64,000 bases of DNA. Source: Oscillospiraceae bacterium (GTDB taxonomy: Bacteria > Bacillota > Clostridia > Oscillospirales > Ruminococcaceae). The stretch lies in the NCBI GenBank assembly GCA_031550725.1, contig JAVBOH010000006.1:56763-120762 (forward strand), in the 5' to 3' direction. The notes beneath the pieces are model-generated. The model had not been told where the DNA came from. It ran no database searches and was given only the letters and a program-made list of their open reading frames with translations. Made by a program: the position numbers and the translations under genes. This document shows, piece by piece, positions 10,444 through 21,776 of the stretch (positions within the stretch are counted from its first letter, which is position 1; the number at the start of each line of letters is the position of its first letter).

Positions 10444-11244
10444 TTGAGGGCTGGTGTTTCTACTGCTTGTCTATACCCTTCCCTGCTTGAAGATTCTTTT
10501 AAATTACTTGCCGAACATAATGTTAAAGTTACTGAAATTTTCGTTAATACAGACTGTGAGTTAAGAGATCCATACCTTTCGCAGATGCTTGACATTCAAA
10601 AAGAATATAACATCGATGTTGTTTCTATTCATCCTTATACCTGTTCTTTAGAGCCTATGATGTTTTTTACAAATTACCCTCGCAGAATTGATGATATGCT
10701 CGATTATTACAAGAATTTCTTCGAGTATATGAAAAAATTCGGCGCTAAGTATTTTATTTTTCATGGTAATAAAAGCAGTATAAATTCTTTTAATGATGAA
10801 GTTTATTTCGAACGGTTTGCTTATATGCAGGAAACTGCTTATAAATATGGCGTTACTGTTTTGCATGAAAATGTGTTTCGTGAAACCTCTGGTGACCTTG
10901 CCTTTTATAAGAGAATGGCTGATTTTATTGGTGATAAGGCTCAGTTTACTCTTGATACAAAACAAGCTCATCGCATGAACAGTGACCCAATCGAGTTTGT
11001 TCGTACACTTGGCAGCCACATCAAACACGTTCATTTTTCAGATTTTGGCAAAGATGGTGATTGCCTTAAGTTTGGTTTGGGTGAATATGATAATTTTATG
11101 CTTTTTAATGAGCTTAAAAAAGTCGGTTATAACGGTGATATTATTCTTGAACTTTACAGACATAATTTTAATAATGAAATTGACCTTACAGAAAATTATG
11201 ACAGTTTAAAAAATTACTTATTTGAAAATAATTTTAATCAATAA
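10444..11244 (+). CDS. sugar phosphate isomerase/epimerase (xylose-isomerase-like TIM barrel)
   Basis: TIM-barrel AP-endo2/XylA-like signature ([13 protein letters not shown]); alternative TTG starts at 10423/10444; only 20 bp upstream of glyQS. Confidence 0.7.
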   Translation: MRAGVSTACLYPSLLEDSFKLLAEHNVKVTEIFVNTDCELRDPYLSQMLDIQKEYNIDVVSIHPYTCSLEPMMFFTNYPRRIDDMLDYYKNFFEYMKKFGAKYFIFHGNKSSINSFNDEVYFERFAYMQETAYKYGVTVLHENVFRETSGDLAFYKRMADFIGDKAQFTLDTKQAHRMNSDPIEFVRTLGSHIKHVHFSDFGKDGDCLKFGLGEYDNFMLFNELKKVGYNGDIILELYRHNFNNEIDLTENYDSLKNYLFENNFNQ

Positions 11245-11264
11245 ATTTATATGAGGTGTTTACT

Positions 11265-12635
11265 ATGGCTGAAAAAACTATGGATAAAATTGTTGCACTA
11301 TGCAAAAACCGTGGTTATGTATACCCAGGTTCTGAAATTTACGGTGGTCTTGCTAACACTTGGGATTACGGTCCTTTAGGTGTTGAGCTAAAAAACAATA
11401 TTAAAAAGGCTTGGTGGAAAAAATTCGTTCAGGAGTCCCCTTACAATGTTGGTCTTGATTCTGCTATCCTTATGAATCCACAGACTTGGGTTGCATCTGG
11501 TCATGTTGGCGGTTTCTCTGATCCACTTATGGACTGTAAGGAATGTAAAACTCGTCATAGAGCTGACCAGCTTATTGAGGCTCAGTCTGATGCTAATCCT
11601 GCTGGCTGGAGCAACGACCAGATGGCTGATTTTATTGAACAGAATGACATTAAGTGTCCTAGCTGCGGCAAGAAGAATTTCACTTCTATCCGTCAGTTTA
11701 ACCTTATGTTCAAAACTTTTCAGGGTATTACTGAGGATTCAAAGGCTGAACTTTATCTTCGTCCTGAAACTGCACAGGGTATTTTCGTAAACTTTGCAAA
11801 TATTCAGAGAACTTCTCGTAAAAAAGTACCTTTCGGTGTTGCACAGATTGGTAAATCTTTCAGAAATGAAATCACTCCTGGTAACTTCATTTTCCGTGTT
11901 CGTGAGTTTGAACAGATGGAGCTTGAATTTTTCTGTAAGCCAGGTACTGACCTTGAATGGTTCCAGTACTGGAGAACTTATTGCAAGGAATTTTTACTAG
12001 GTCTTGGTATTAAAGAAGAAAACCTAAGACTTCGTGACCATGATGCTGACGAGCTTTCATTCTATTCAAAGGCTACTACTGACTTTGAATACAAGTTCCC
12101 ATTTGGCTGGGGTGAGCTTTGGGGTATTGCTGACAGAACTGATTATGACTTAACCCAGCATATTAACCACAGTGGCAAGTCATTGGAATATTTTGATCCA
12201 GAGGATAATTCCAAATATATTCCTTATGTTATTGAGCCATCCTTGGGCGTTGAGAGATTGTTCCTTTCAATCGTTTCTGAGGCTTATGATGAAGAAGAAA
12301 TTGGCGAGGGTGATGTTCGTACCGTTATGCACCTCCATCCTGCACTTGCACCAGTCAAGGCTGCTGTTCTTCCTCTTGTTAAAAAGCTAAAAGAGCCTGC
12401 ACTTGAAGTGTTTAATAAGCTTGCTAAAAAATATAACATTGAATATGATGAAGCTGGTCAGATTGGTAAGAGATATCGCCGTCAGGATGAAATCGGTACT
12501 CCATTCTGTATCACTTTTGACTTTGATTCACTTGAAGATAACTGTGTTACTGTTCGTGAAAGAGATTCAATGAAGCAGGAAAGAATTGCAATTGATAATC
12601 TTGTAGCTTATCTTGATGAAAAGCTTGAATACTAA
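11265..12635 (+). CDS. glyQS: glycine--tRNA ligase (homodimeric alpha2 type)
   Basis: [40 protein letters not shown]-terminus typical of GlyQS; AGGTG SD. Confidence 0.93.
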   Translation: MAEKTMDKIVALCKNRGYVYPGSEIYGGLANTWDYGPLGVELKNNIKKAWWKKFVQESPYNVGLDSAILMNPQTWVASGHVGGFSDPLMDCKECKTRHRADQLIEAQSDANPAGWSNDQMADFIEQNDIKCPSCGKKNFTSIRQFNLMFKTFQGITEDSKAELYLRPETAQGIFVNFANIQRTSRKKVPFGVAQIGKSFRNEITPGNFIFRVREFEQMELEFFCKPGTDLEWFQYWRTYCKEFLLGLGIKEENLRLRDHDADELSFYSKATTDFEYKFPFGWGELWGIADRTDYDLTQHINHSGKSLEYFDPEDNSKYIPYVIEPSLGVERLFLSIVSEAYDEEEIGEGDVRTVMHLHPALAPVKAAVLPLVKKLKEPALEVFNKLAKKYNIEYDEAGQIGKRYRRQDEIGTPFCITFDFDSLEDNCVTVRERDSMKQERIAIDNLVAYLDEKLEY

Positions 12636-12648
12636 TATATAAAATTTC

Positions 12649-12699
12649 CCCTTAAGTAATTTGCCATGAATTTGGCTTTAACTTAAGGGGTGTTTTATA
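12649..12699 (+). terminator. rho-independent terminator of glyQS
   Basis: CCCCTTAAGT..ACTTAAGGGG stem followed by TGTTTTAT. Confidence 0.6.
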
Positions 12700-12707
12700 C
12701 TATTTTA

Positions 12708-12795
12708 TAATCAAGTAGTATCTCGAAAAAACACCGTTTTTTCGAGGATAAAATCAAGCATAGCTTGATTATTCAGTACGTATTACTTAAAAAGG
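12708..12795. repeat. copy A (partial) of an intergenic repeat family, also at 58165-58303 and 63702-63843
   Basis: Shares aatcaagtagta and attattcagtacgtattactta with the other copies; contains palindrome CTCGAAAAAAC/GTTTTTTCGAG. Confidence 0.6.
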
Positions 12796-12827
12796 CTATA
12801 CAATTCAACACTTTTGTATAGCCTTTA
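12792..12827 (-). terminator. terminator of the acyl-CoA ligase gene
   Basis: AAAGGCTATACA..TGTATAGCCTTT hairpin with T-run on the minus strand. Confidence 0.55.
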
Positions 12828-12837
12828 ATATTATTAA

Positions 12838-14499
12838 TTACTTATTATCAGACTTCTCACGAATTTCAACACGTCTGATTTTACCGCTGATTGTCTTTGG
12901 AAGTTCATCAACAAATTCAACGATACGAGGATATTTGTATGGTGCAGTTAAATTCTTAACATGCTCCTGAAGCTCCTTGATAAGCTTTTCATCGCCCTTG
13001 CCCTTGTATTCATCACGAAGTACAATAGTTGCCTTAACAACCTGACCTCTGATTGGGTCTTTAGCACCAGTAACAGCAACTTCAAGTACGGATGGATGTT
13101 CAAGCAATACGCTTTCAATTTCGAATGGTCCAATACGGTAGCCAGATGCCTTAATCAAGTCATCAGTACGTCCAACATACCAAAGGTATCCTTCTTCATC
13201 TCTCCATGCAGTATCACCTGTATGATAAATGCCATCACTCCATACATTTTTAGTTGCATCTTCATTTTTATAGTAACCCTTAAACATACCAAATCTGTCA
13301 CGACTATCAGTACGAATAACAATTTCACCAGTTTCACCACTAGGAAGTGAGTTCCCATCAGAATCGATAATATCAACATCATAAAGTGCAATCGGTTTAC
13401 CCATTGAACCAGGCTTTGGCTCCATACCAGGAATATTTGCAGCAATTACAACAGTTTCAGTCTGACCGAAACCTTCCATTAGCTTAATACCTGTAAGCTT
13501 ATACCAGCCATTGAATACTTCTGGGCTAAGTGCCTCGCCTGCGATTGTGCAATACTTAAGGCTTGTCAAGTCATACTTCTCAACATCTGTAAGCATAAGC
13601 ATTCTGAACATCGTTGGAGGTGCACAAAGAGAAGTGATTTTATACTGCTCAATCTTGCTAAGGATATCCTCTGCCTTGAAACGATTAAAGTCAAATACAA
13701 ATACAGTAGCGCCGCAAAGGAACTGACCATACATTTTCCCCCACATACTCTTTGCCCAGCCAGTTTCAGAGATAGTAAGGTGGATACTTTCATCATTAAG
13801 GTTATGCCAGTGCTTTGCAGTAAACAAATGAGAAATTGAATACTTATAGCTATGCATTACCATCTTTGGATAACCAGTTGTTCCGGAAGTAAAATAAAGT
13901 AACATATCCTCTGAAACATTAGTCGGTACACGTTCAAATGAATCAGGATATTTTTCGATTTCTTCATCAAAGTTAATCCATCCATCACGTGAATCCTTAA
14001 CGATGAACTTTTCCTTGATACCCTTATAATCTTCCAAGGATTCTTCAACGCTTGCAGTTACAGTACCTTCAGCAGTTGCAACGATATATGAAACTTCAGC
14101 AGCTTCGAAACGGTATACATAATCTTTCTTAACAAGCTGATTTGTTGCAGGAATTAATATAGCACCAATCTTGCAAAGTCCCATTGCCAAGAACCAGAAC
14201 TGATAGTGTCTTTTAAGTACTGCCATAACCTTGTCACCTTTTTTGATACCATGAGCAACAAGCATATTTGCAACCTGATTTGACTTCTTTGACAATTCCT
14301 CATAGGAAATAATCTTTTCATCACCAGCATCATTGCACCAAAGCAATGCAGTATGATTAGCATCAATCTTAGCAAGCTCGTCGATAACATCATAAGCAAA
14401 GTTAAAATTATCAGGTACATTTATCTCGAATTTATTGAGGATACCGTTACTGTCACGTCCCTCTGTTACGAATTTTTCATTAAAATTTCTCATATTCAT
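12838..14499 (-). CDS. AMP-dependent synthetase/ligase (acyl-CoA or acetyl-CoA synthetase-like)
   Basis: AMP-binding motif YFTSGTTGYPKMV; 553 aa ANL superfamily. Confidence 0.85.
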   Translation of the reverse strand: MNMRNFNEKFVTEGRDSNGILNKFEINVPDNFNFAYDVIDELAKIDANHTALLWCNDAGDEKIISYEELSKKSNQVANMLVAHGIKKGDKVMAVLKRHYQFWFLAMGLCKIGAILIPATNQLVKKDYVYRFEAAEVSYIVATAEGTVTASVEESLEDYKGIKEKFIVKDSRDGWINFDEEIEKYPDSFERVPTNVSEDMLLYFTSGTTGYPKMVMHSYKYSISHLFTAKHWHNLNDESIHLTISETGWAKSMWGKMYGQFLCGATVFVFDFNRFKAEDILSKIEQYKITSLCAPPTMFRMLMLTDVEKYDLTSLKYCTIAGEALSPEVFNGWYKLTGIKLMEGFGQTETVVIAANIPGMEPKPGSMGKPIALYDVDIIDSDGNSLPSGETGEIVIRTDSRDRFGMFKGYYKNEDATKNVWSDGIYHTGDTAWRDEEGYLWYVGRTDDLIKASGYRIGPFEIESVLLEHPSVLEVAVTGAKDPIRGQVVKATIVLRDEYKGKGDEKLIKELQEHVKNLTAPYKYPRIVEFVDELPKTISGKIRRVEIREKSDNK

Positions 14500-14519
14500 G
14501 TCTATGATATTCCTCCAAA

Positions 14520-15083
14520 TTACTTCATTAAGATAGCTAAAAATTCACACTTTTCACCGTTTGCAGCAATCATGCCATGTGGTGCTGATGAATCATAAAT
14601 AATCGAATCGCCTGCTGTCAATAGCTTTTCCTTGCCATCAATGCTAAGCTTTAATGTTCCTGAAATAATATAATCAAATTCCTGTCCATCATGAACGGAT
14701 AGTGAAATCGGCTTATCCTGTTCTTCTGCGTTATATGGAGCAATTACAAGGAATGGCTCGATTTTCTTGTTCTTGAAAAGGTATGCAAGATGCTGATATT
14801 CAAAGCTCTCACGCCTTTTTACAGGAAGTCCTGTTCCCTTTCTGACAACACTGTACTTCTTAAGCTTAGGATTTTCACCTGTTAATAATTCAATAATGTC
14901 AACGCCCAAAATTTCTGCACACTTATATATAAATGTAACTGAAAAATCCTTTTCACCCTGTTCGATAAGCTCGTAATCAGCCATTGATGTACCTGTTTTT
15001 TCGCACATTTCCTCTGCGGAAACATTAAGAATATCACGCAAGCCCTTTAGTCTTTCTGCTACTTCTTTGATACTGTAATTCAT
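14520..15083 (-). CDS. XRE-family HTH transcriptional regulator with C-terminal cupin domain
   Basis: N-terminal HTH (IKEVAERLKGLR..EMCEKTGTS), C-terminal cupin beta-barrel; start overlaps the upstream HAD gene stop. Confidence 0.8.
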   Translation of the reverse strand: MNYSIKEVAERLKGLRDILNVSAEEMCEKTGTSMADYELIEQGEKDFSVTFIYKCAEILGVDIIELLTGENPKLKKYSVVRKGTGLPVKRRESFEYQHLAYLFKNKKIEPFLVIAPYNAEEQDKPISLSVHDGQEFDYIISGTLKLSIDGKEKLLTAGDSIIYDSSAPHGMIAANGEKCEFLAILMK

Positions 15084-15085
15084 AA

Positions 15086-15742
15086 TTACATCTCCTTTTC
15101 AATAAATTTATAAATGTCAAACGGTGTTTTTGCTATAAAATCCGCACCGCTTGATAATAATTCTTCTTCAGTCCGAAATCCCCATAAACAACCTATGGAC
15201 TTTAAACCTGAATTTTTTCCAGTATAAATATCAACATTTGAATCTCCTATAAACACAGCATCTAAGCTATCCGTATCAAATGCATCTAAAATATGGTAAA
15301 CTATTTCAGGTGATGGCTTTTTCGGAATATTCTTTGTAAACCCTTTTACATAATCAAATGTATCTCCGAATATTTCTGATACTATTTTTTTAGCAAACTC
15401 ATCAGGTTTGTTTGTAGCAACAGCAAGACTTATGCCTTTATTTTTTAATTCTTCCAAAAGCTCTTTAATTCCATCATATTCATAAGTATTCTTGACATAA
15501 TTTTCAGAATAATGCTTTTCAAAATCAGGTTTTATACTTAAAACATATTCATCACTTTTCATATCATCAGGCAATGAACGTCTTAAAAGTTCAAACATAC
15601 CATTTCCAACGAAATACTTAAATTCATCGAGCTCATGCAAAGGATACCCATGCAGTTTTAATGTGTAATTCACAGCGTTAGCTAAATCCTGCAATGAATT
15701 GATAAGAGTGCCGTCCAAATCGAAAATTGCTAGTTTAATCAT
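15086..15742 (-). CDS. HAD-superfamily hydrolase (phosphatase, PGP-like)
   Basis: MIKLAIFDLDGTL motif I; GGAGGAA SD; ORF extends upstream to 15826 but start chosen at the canonical HAD N-terminus. Confidence 0.8.
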   Translation of the reverse strand: MIKLAIFDLDGTLINSLQDLANAVNYTLKLHGYPLHELDEFKYFVGNGMFELLRRSLPDDMKSDEYVLSIKPDFEKHYSENYVKNTYEYDGIKELLEELKNKGISLAVATNKPDEFAKKIVSEIFGDTFDYVKGFTKNIPKKPSPEIVYHILDAFDTDSLDAVFIGDSNVDIYTGKNSGLKSIGCLWGFRTEEELLSSGADFIAKTPFDIYKFIEKEM

Positions 15743-15861
15743 CAGTTCCTCCATTGGTATCCCAATAAGTTTACCGTTATCTATATTATAACATATAGAA
15801 ATGTGTATTGCAATAATTATAACCAAATAGAATACCTTATCTATATTAATTTATAGCATTA

Positions 15862-17007
<1,146 letters not shown>

Positions 17008-17805
17008 TCACAAATTATTAATATATTCTATCGATTTCATCAAACTAAGGACAGTTTTTGTCTCGACAACAACTCTGCAGCCACATTTTTCTGCTAAATT
17101 AAGTTTTTCTAAAATATTAACTTCACCATCACCCAAAAGCATATGATCTTTACGAACTGTTGATACCTTTGCATCATGAAGATGAATATGTTTTAAATGT
17201 GCTTTTCTATACTCAATAAATGACAAATCTGCATCATTATTACAAAAACTATGTCCAACATCATAAGTAAGAGAAAAATGATTATTTTTAAGCATTTCGT
17301 CAATAGCATCAGTTTGAAAATCCATATATCCACTTGTATTTTCAATTGATATCTTTATATCAATATTTCCAATACAATTATCACATAGCTCAATAAATTT
17401 TCTTGTTTTAGTTTTAAATTCATTCGGATATTTTTCAAACAAATGCACCCTTTTATCAGGAAGTGTGAAGTACACACCATTGTTCATGTGCATATTAATT
17501 ATAGGTGCATTTATTTTCTTGGCAATCTTAATAGTATCTCTAACAGTGTTCCGATATGCATCAGAAACATAATTATTGTAGTCCCATACATTCAGGTTTT
17601 CATCAAGATGTATTGTAAAATATATACCATACTTATCACGATAAAAATTAATTTTTTGTGTATCTATTCTGTCAGTCTGATATTCTGGTAAATTCATATT
17701 GAGTTCAATAAATTTCAAGTTTAATTCATTACATAATAACACATTTTCTTCAAGAGAATTAAGCTCAATTAATATCGGCATACCAAAATCAATATTATAT
17801 TTCAT
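17008..17805 (-). CDS. xylose-isomerase-like TIM-barrel protein (sugar phosphate isomerase/epimerase family) embedded between queA and tgt
   Basis: AP-endo2/XylA-like signature (HIHLHD, GDGEV); 10-bp gap after queA and 12-bp gap before tgt. Confidence 0.7.
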   Translation of the reverse strand: MKYNIDFGMPILIELNSLEENVLLCNELNLKFIELNMNLPEYQTDRIDTQKINFYRDKYGIYFTIHLDENLNVWDYNNYVSDAYRNTVRDTIKIAKKINAPIINMHMNNGVYFTLPDKRVHLFEKYPNEFKTKTRKFIELCDNCIGNIDIKISIENTSGYMDFQTDAIDEMLKNNHFSLTYDVGHSFCNNDADLSFIEYRKAHLKHIHLHDAKVSTVRKDHMLLGDGEVNILEKLNLAEKCGCRVVVETKTVLSLMKSIEYINNL

Positions 17806-17815
17806 GGTAACTCCT

Positions 17816-18841
17816 TTAAATTACAAGCATTGAATCTCCAAAGCTAAAGAAACGATATTTTTCATCAACAGCAATTTTATATGCATTCATTGTATTCTCA
17901 TACCCCATAAATGCTGATACAAGCATGATTAAGGTACTTTCAGGAAGATGAAAATTCGTAATAAGTCCATCAATAACTTTAAATTCATAGCTAGGATAAA
18001 TAAAAATATCAGTATATCCCTCGCATTCATCAATGGTGTCATAAAAAGCAGCAACGCTTTCTAAGGTACGGCATGAAGTTGTACCAACAGCAATGACACG
18101 ACCGCCATTTGCTTTAGTTTGTTTAATAAGTTCAGCTGTTTCCTTTGGCATATAGTAATGTTCACTGTGCATTTTATGCTCTAAAACGTTATCTTCCTTA
18201 ACAGGACGGAAAGTTCCAAGCCCAACATGGAGTGTAACATAGGCAAGATTGATACCTTTACTCTTTAATTCATCAAGCATATCAGATGTAAAGTGAAGTC
18301 CAGCAGTAGGAGCGGCAGATGAGCCTAATTCCTTGGAATAAACGGTCTGATATCGCTCTTTATCCTCTAGCTTTTCAGTGATATATGGAGGCAGAGGCAT
18401 TTGTCCTACATCCTCAAGAGCTGTAAAGAAATTTCCTTCACACTCAAATTTTGCTATTCTGTTGCCACCCTCGACAGTTTCTATAATTTCAGCAGTTAGT
18501 CTGCCATTACCAAATGAAAATTTTGCACCTGGTTTTGCTTTTTTTCCAGGACGCACAAGAATTTCCCAAAGCTTGTCCCCCTTTTGTTCAAGTAGTAAAA
18601 ATTCCATGAATGCTCCTGTTCCCTCTTTTTCGCCAAAAAGACGTGCAGGAAGTACCCTTGAATCATTCATTACAAGCAAGTCACCTTTTTTAAGGTAATC
18701 GCATAAGTTATAGAAATGGTTATGTGTAACTTCACCAGTTTTTCTGTCAACCTTAAGCATTTTTGATGCATTTCGTGGCTCTATCGGAGTTTGAGCAATT
18801 AACTCCTCTGGTAAATCATAATAAAAGTCTGATTTTAACAT
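17816..18841 (-). CDS. queA: S-adenosylmethionine:tRNA ribosyltransferase-isomerase
   Basis: [24 protein letters not shown]-terminus diagnostic of QueA. Confidence 0.93.
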   Translation of the reverse strand: MLKSDFYYDLPEELIAQTPIEPRNASKMLKVDRKTGEVTHNHFYNLCDYLKKGDLLVMNDSRVLPARLFGEKEGTGAFMEFLLLEQKGDKLWEILVRPGKKAKPGAKFSFGNGRLTAEIIETVEGGNRIAKFECEGNFFTALEDVGQMPLPPYITEKLEDKERYQTVYSKELGSSAAPTAGLHFTSDMLDELKSKGINLAYVTLHVGLGTFRPVKEDNVLEHKMHSEHYYMPKETAELIKQTKANGGRVIAVGTTSCRTLESVAAFYDTIDECEGYTDIFIYPSYEFKVIDGLITNFHLPESTLIMLVSAFMGYENTMNAYKIAVDEKYRFFSFGDSMLVI

Positions 18842-18952
18842 TTTTTCTTCCCCTTAAAGTCATTTTCAAAAGTATTCATATCCATTATATCAAAAAAAAT
18901 CATATTCTGCAATTACATTTAATAAAAATACATAAATTAATAAAATATCTAT

Positions 18953-18981
18953 TGACAAAGCGCATAAACCGTGGTATTATT
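18953..18981 (+). promoter_or_regulatory. sigma-A-type promoter of the lysine riboswitch/asd operon
   Basis: TTGACA-17 bp-TATTAT immediately upstream of the riboswitch. Confidence 0.55.
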
Positions 18982-18984
18982 ATC

Positions 18985-19165
18985 GAAACAGATAGAGGTG
19001 CAGCAAAAATTAGTACTTGTTCCTTAGACTGCCAAGTCGCTTTGAGGGAACATAGGAAAGGTGATGCTGCCGAAGAAAACGGATATTTGGCTAAAACGTT
19101 ATTCTGGTTATGTATCGAACAGGTATATAATTGTCATCATTCTTATGATGGAGTGCTATCAAATT
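18985..19165 (+). promoter_or_regulatory. lysine riboswitch (L-box)
   Basis: GATAGAGGTGCAGC.., GAAAGGTGATGCTGCCGAAG and GATGGAGTGCTATC segments closely match the B. subtilis lysC L-box (GATAGAGGTGCGAAC, GAAAGGGGAGCGTCGCCGAAG, TTGGAGGGCTATC); precedes lysine-pathway genes. Confidence 0.8.
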
Positions 19166-19207
19166 TAATAAAATTTGAAGTAAGTATTTCTATTATATAG
19201 TATGATG

Positions 19208-19232
19208 AATCGGTTTTCAACCGATTTTTTTT
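19208..19232 (+). terminator. riboswitch expression-platform terminator
   Basis: AATCGGTTTTCAACCGATT hairpin followed by T8, 40 nt upstream of the asd RBS. Confidence 0.75.
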
Positions 19233-19271
19233 ATTTGTATGTAAATTTTTATTTTAAAGGAGTTTTTTACA

Positions 19272-20354
19272 ATGAAACAGTTTAATGTAGGTATTATTGG
19301 TGCAACAGGTATGGTTGGTCAGAGATTTTCTCTATTGCTTGAAAATCACCCTTGGTTTAAGGTTACTGCTCTTGCAGCATCCCCAAGAAGTGCAGGCAAG
19401 ACATATACTGAAGCTGTTGGTGCTAAGTGGGCTATGACTACTGATATTCCTGCTAATATAAAAGATATGATTGTTATGGATGCTACTGCTGATGTAGAAA
19501 AAATCGCATCCATGGTTGATTTTGTTTTCTGTGCTGTTGATATGAAGAAGGATGAAATTAAGACACTTGAAGAAATGTATGCAAAGGCTGAGTGTCCTGT
19601 TGTTTCCAACAACTCTGCTCACAGACATACTGATGATGTTCCTATGGTTGTTCCAGAGATTAACCCTGACCATATTGAAATTATCAAGACTCAGAGAGAA
19701 AGACTTGGCACAAAGCGTGGATTTATCGCTGTTAAGTCTAACTGTTCATTACAGAGCTATGTTCCTGCTATTCATCCTCTAATGGCTGAATTTGTATGTA
19801 CTAAGGCTTTGGTTTGTACTTATCAGGCAATTTCAGGCGCTGGCAAGACTTTTGAAACAATGCCAGAAATTATTGATAATATCATCCCATTTATTGGCGG
19901 TGAGGAAGAAAAATCCGAGCAGGAGCCACTAAAGATTTTCGGTAAGATTGTTGATGGAAAGATTGTAAACGCTACTTCTCCTGCATTTACTGCACAGTGC
20001 TTGCGAGTTCCTGTAACTGATGGTCATACTGCTGCTGTATTTGCATCATTTGAGAAAAAGCCAACTAAGGAGCAAATTCTTGATGCTTGGAAAAACTTCA
20101 AGGGTGTTCCACAGGAGCTTGAGCTTCCATCCGCTCCAAAGCAGTTCCTTAATTACTTTGAGGAAGATAATCGTCCACAGGCTAAACTTGACAGAAACCT
20201 TGAAAACGGTATGGCTGTTTCCATTGGACGTCTTCGTGAAGATACTCAGTATGACTACAAGTTTGTATGTCTTTCACATAATACACTTCGTGGTGCTGCA
20301 GGTGGTGCTGTATTGATGGCTGAACTTCTTGCTGCTAAGGGTTATTTTGACTAA
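19272..20354 (+). CDS. asd: aspartate-semialdehyde dehydrogenase
   Basis: MKQFNVGIIGATGMVGQRF Rossmann N-terminus; active-site Cys region NCS. Confidence 0.92.
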   Translation: MKQFNVGIIGATGMVGQRFSLLLENHPWFKVTALAASPRSAGKTYTEAVGAKWAMTTDIPANIKDMIVMDATADVEKIASMVDFVFCAVDMKKDEIKTLEEMYAKAECPVVSNNSAHRHTDDVPMVVPEINPDHIEIIKTQRERLGTKRGFIAVKSNCSLQSYVPAIHPLMAEFVCTKALVCTYQAISGAGKTFETMPEIIDNIIPFIGGEEEKSEQEPLKIFGKIVDGKIVNATSPAFTAQCLRVPVTDGHTAAVFASFEKKPTKEQILDAWKNFKGVPQELELPSAPKQFLNYFEEDNRPQAKLDRNLENGMAVSIGRLREDTQYDYKFVCLSHNTLRGAAGGAVLMAELLAAKGYFD

Positions 20355-20373
20355 TCAATAAAAACTAAAGGAT

Positions 20374-20844
20374 GTGGACAGTATGAGTATTTCAGTTAGA
20401 AAAGCAATCCCACAAGATGTAGAAACAATTCACAAGTTTATTTATGAACTTGCTGCATTTGAAAAATTATCCGAACAATGTACTATATCTATTGATGCAC
20501 TCAAAGATATGATGTTTGAAGAAAAAGCTTTGCGTGCTGTTATTGCCGAAGAAGATGGCGTGGCTGTTGGTATGGCTACATATTATTTCTTCAAAATTGC
20601 TACTTTTTCCGGTAAAAAGGTTTTGTATATTGAAGATTTATATATTACCGAATCTGCTCGTGGAAAAGGCTATGGTACACAGATTTTTGACTTTTTACGT
20701 GGTATTTCAAAGGATAAGAATTGTTCCCGCATGGAATGGAAATGTCTTGACTGGAATTCTCCTACAATAGCGTTTTATGAGAAAATGGGCGGCAAGCTTT
20801 CTGATGGATGGCTTGTTTATACCCTTGATGAAGAATTTTTTTAA
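20374..20844 (+). CDS. GNAT N-acetyltransferase, SSAT/diamine (thialysine)-acetyltransferase-like
   Basis: VLYIEDLYITESARGKGYGTQIFDFL and RMEWKCLDWNSPTIAFYEKMGG match the SSAT-type GNAT signature. Confidence 0.75.
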   Translation: MDSMSISVRKAIPQDVETIHKFIYELAAFEKLSEQCTISIDALKDMMFEEKALRAVIAEEDGVAVGMATYYFFKIATFSGKKVLYIEDLYITESARGKGYGTQIFDFLRGISKDKNCSRMEWKCLDWNSPTIAFYEKMGGKLSDGWLVYTLDEEFF

Positions 20845-20867
20845 TTGACTTTAAGGAGTTTTATGCC

Positions 20868-21755
20868 ATGAAAAATACTATTTTTACTGGTGCAGGCGTT
20901 GCAATCGTAACTCCTATGTTTGATGATGGGTCTATCAATTATGATGCACTTGGCACGAACATTGATTATCAGATTGAAAACGGCACTGATGCTATAATTA
21001 TTTGCGGCACAACGGGTGAAGCATCCACTATGACTGATGACGAACATATTGAATGTATCCGCTATTGCGTCGAACGCACAAACAAGAGAGTACCTGTTAT
21101 TGCAGGTACAGGAAGTAATGACACTTCATATGCAGTAGAGCTTTCTATTGAGGCTGAAAAGCTTGGTGCTGATGCACTACTTGTTGTTACGCCTTATTAC
21201 AACAAGACTTCACAAAGAGGTTTAATTGCACATTTCACTGCTATTGCTAACAGCGTTAATATTCCGATTATTCTTTATAATGTACCTTCAAGAACTGGTA
21301 TGAACATCACTATTGATACATATAAAGAGCTTGCTAAGCACAAGAATATTGTTGCTACAAAAGAGGCTAGCGGAAATATTTCTGCTATTGCTCAGATTGC
21401 TGAGGCTTGTGGTGACAGTCTTGATATTTACAGCGGCAATGATGACCAGATTGTTCCTATCATGTCACTTGGCGGCAAGGGTGTAATCAGTGTATCTTCT
21501 AACGTTATTCCAAAGGAAACTCATGACATCGCACAGCTTTGTCTTGATAACAATTTTGCTGATGCTGCAAAAATGCAGATTAAGTATCTTGACCTTATCA
21601 ACAAGCTCTTCATTGATGTTAACCCTATTCCTATAAAAGAGGCTATGAATATCATGGGGCTTAATGTCGGCGAATGCAGACTTCCTCTTTGCAAAATGGA
21701 GCAGAGTAAAATTGATATTTTAAGGACAGCATTAAAGAACGTTAACGTTATCTAA
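20868..21755 (+). CDS. dapA: 4-hydroxy-tetrahydrodipicolinate synthase
   Basis: GVAIVTPMF..GTTGEASTMT and the Schiff-base Lys region; full length. Confidence 0.93.
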   Translation: MKNTIFTGAGVAIVTPMFDDGSINYDALGTNIDYQIENGTDAIIICGTTGEASTMTDDEHIECIRYCVERTNKRVPVIAGTGSNDTSYAVELSIEAEKLGADALLVVTPYYNKTSQRGLIAHFTAIANSVNIPIILYNVPSRTGMNITIDTYKELAKHKNIVATKEASGNISAIAQIAEACGDSLDIYSGNDDQIVPIMSLGGKGVISVSSNVIPKETHDIAQLCLDNNFADAAKMQIKYLDLINKLFIDVNPIPIKEAMNIMGLNVGECRLPLCKMEQSKIDILRTALKNVNVI

Positions 21756-21776
21756 TCTTGACGTTGATTTGAAAGG

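Noticed and set aside
18763-19200. 145-aa ORF upstream of asd
   Set aside because: Overlaps the promoter and L-box riboswitch (conserved RNA motifs, terminator), has no RBS and is low-complexity. The region is regulatory RNA, not coding.
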